Source of the DNA: Candidatus Saccharimonadales bacterium
GTDB taxonomy: Bacteria; Patescibacteriota; Saccharimonadia; Saccharimonadales; OMJO01
DNA length: 64,000 nucleotides
Assembly: GCA_035480035.1 (NCBI GenBank)
Contig: DATIID010000001.1
Span: forward strand, 457,323-521,322
Reading direction: 5' to 3'
How positions within the stretch are numbered: the stretch's first letter is position 1; every line of letters begins with the position of its first letter. The notes beneath the pieces were generated by a model. That model saw only the letters and a list, made by a program, of their open reading frames with translations. It made no database searches and was not told where the DNA came from. Below, one piece after another: positions 62,839 through 64,000 of the stretch. The translations under genes and the position numbers were made by a program.

Positions 62839-63768
62839 CTAATTTGTGGCAAATTTTTTGGGTCGATTTACTTTAAAGAAGTAGATTAATCCGGCAGCTA
62901 ACACGACGGTTCCTAAACTTAATAACATGGCTGGTAATAGGCTTTTTAGTTTGTCTGACATCTTTTGGGATGATTGATGTTGCGTAGTTTTTGCTGTATT
63001 TGTACTGTTACTAGAATTATTATTGGTTGAGCCATTACCAGAGTTAGACGAATTTGAGGAGCCGCCATTAGATGAGTTGCTAGAGCCACCGCTGGTTGTA
63101 CCACCACTACTTGACCCACCGCTACTGCTGGCCCGAGTTATGGTTATGGTGTTGGAGTTTGTAGTATGACCAACTACATCGGTCGCTCGGACGTACACGC
63201 TATTAGAGCCTGATTTCAAAGCTACAGTCAAACTAAAATTGGCACTACTAGAACTTGTACTAGCAGCACCGTTCACAAAAGCTTGGACACTTTTTATACC
63301 ACTTTGACTATCGCTAGCCGAACCGCTGATTTTATAGCTACTACTGCTAGTGGTAGCCGATGACGAAGATAAGCTGATTGAAGGAGCGAGGGTATCAATT
63401 TTTGTATGAAATACTCCGGTATAGTAAACTCCTGCCGGACCTCGGGGCGGGCATTTTATATTTGCGTCTGTATAAAGCGATTTCGGGGTGCCGCCATTTA
63501 TTGAAACATAAGGATTATCTTTAGCGTCAGATGCGAATTGATAGCTTGCACTAGTAGTAACGGTATAAAGATAGGTATAGGACGTGCCTTGACCAACACA
63601 ACTGGGAGCATTACCGTGGCGAACTGTGAAAGTAACGCTGTCTTTATACCAGCCGCCTACACTTCCACTCGGCGTAGCCACAGATATAGCTTGAGCGTGG
63701 GCACTAACTAAAAACAAAGCTAAAAATAGCTCGGTAAAAATAAATGCTAGCTTTTTCATTTTTGGCAT
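62839..63768 (-). CDS. secreted Ig-like-domain protein with an S/G/N-rich stalk and a C-terminal TM anchor
   Basis: It has a signal peptide, a Big-like block (DTLAPSISLSS...SGIKSVQAFVNG...VYVRATDVVGH), then SSSGGSSSGGTTSGGSSNSSNGG..., a TM and KVNRPKK. Confidence 0.65.
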   Translation of the reverse strand: MPKMKKLAFIFTELFLALFLVSAHAQAISVATPSGSVGGWYKDSVTFTVRHGNAPSCVGQGTSYTYLYTVTTSASYQFASDAKDNPYVSINGGTPKSLYTDANIKCPPRGPAGVYYTGVFHTKIDTLAPSISLSSSSATTSSSSYKISGSASDSQSGIKSVQAFVNGAASTSSSSANFSLTVALKSGSNSVYVRATDVVGHTTNSNTITITRASSSGGSSSGGTTSGGSSNSSNGGSSNSSNSGNGSTNNNSSNSTNTAKTTQHQSSQKMSDKLKSLLPAMLLSLGTVVLAAGLIYFFKVNRPKKFATN

Positions 63769-63838
63769 GTTAATTTTGACGAACTTACGTATCTATATTA
63801 ACAGAGCTGGCAAATTTAGGGTAGTTTGTGATTAAGCT

Positions 63839-64000
63839 AAATCACTCAAATTGACTACAGTTATTAGTACTCAACTTATCAAAACGTTTAGTTACGTCAA
63901 TGTAGTTGTACCACTGAGCTTTAGAATTTTTGGTACCTAATTGGCAGTAAGGTAGATAGTCAAAGCTGTAGCCAAAGTAACGGTTTAGAACTATTCGAAA
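63839..64000 (-). CDS. 3' end of an unidentified CDS running off the window
   Basis: The minus-strand frame is open from the window edge: ...FRIVLNRYFGYSFDYLPYCQLGTKNSKAQWYNYIDVTKRFDKLSTNNCSQFE-TGA. Confidence 0.3.

Noticed and set aside
1-64000. Alternative genetic code (UGA=Gly/Trp), as in some CPR lineages
   Set aside because: TGA terminates well-aligned conserved genes (e.g. murB at 915-917, ORF A/hrcA junction). Conserved genes such as recA, dnaK, ftsH and lepA contain no in-frame TGA.
1-64000. CRISPR arrays, rRNA, prophage or IS elements
   Set aside because: The largest non-coding gaps are under 560 nt and contain tRNAs, promoters and hairpins only. There are no regularly spaced direct repeats and no transposase, integrase or capsid-like ORFs.

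Overview
This 64-kb window is very gene-dense and mostly minus-strand. It comes from a small-genome bacterium using the standard code: TGA is a stop, e.g. murB ends ...LIES-TGA. The housekeeping backbone is murB (partial), glyA, an HTH-fused murA-like gene, the rny/ymdB region, tsaB/tsaE, recA-recX, yebC-ruvCAB, hrcA-grpE-dnaK-dnaJ with CIRCE operators, lepA, murJ, ftsH and tilS. There are seven minus-strand tRNAs (His, Arg, Gly, Pro x2, Lys, CAU), all with an encoded CCA. Envelope and accessory content includes a type IV pilus locus (pilB, pilC, major pilin, two minor pilins, a large PilX-like protein, pilMNO), comEC and a triple lamin-tail-domain surface protein. It also includes a sortase operon, GH10 and CE4/discoidin glycan enzymes, a P1B ATPase, RimK with a retropepsin-like partner, and a Pup-ligase-family (PafA/Dop) gene. 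I saw no rRNA, CRISPR array, transposase or integrase. The mix of a sortase-type envelope, T4P plus ComEC, a truncated TsaB and almost no biosynthesis fits Patescibacteria/CPR, most like Saccharibacteria; this is inference only. The best candidates for something new are: (1) a promoter- and leader-driven operon encoding a 60-aa 'LPNTG sorting signal only' peptide, a sortase and a processive GT2 synthase; (2) an HrcA/CIRCE chaperone operon with extra small ORFs translationally coupled between hrcA, grpE, dnaK and dnaJ; (3) an orphan PafA/Dop homologue bracketed by two tRNA-Pro genes; (4) a two-copy ~75-nt hairpin-rich intergenic element whose central hairpin is swapped but still self-complementary; (5) a ~190-nt unit bounded by a consensus promoter and a terminator, encoding at most a 26-aa peptide. 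All calls come from reading the sequence and ORF translations by eye; no searches were run.
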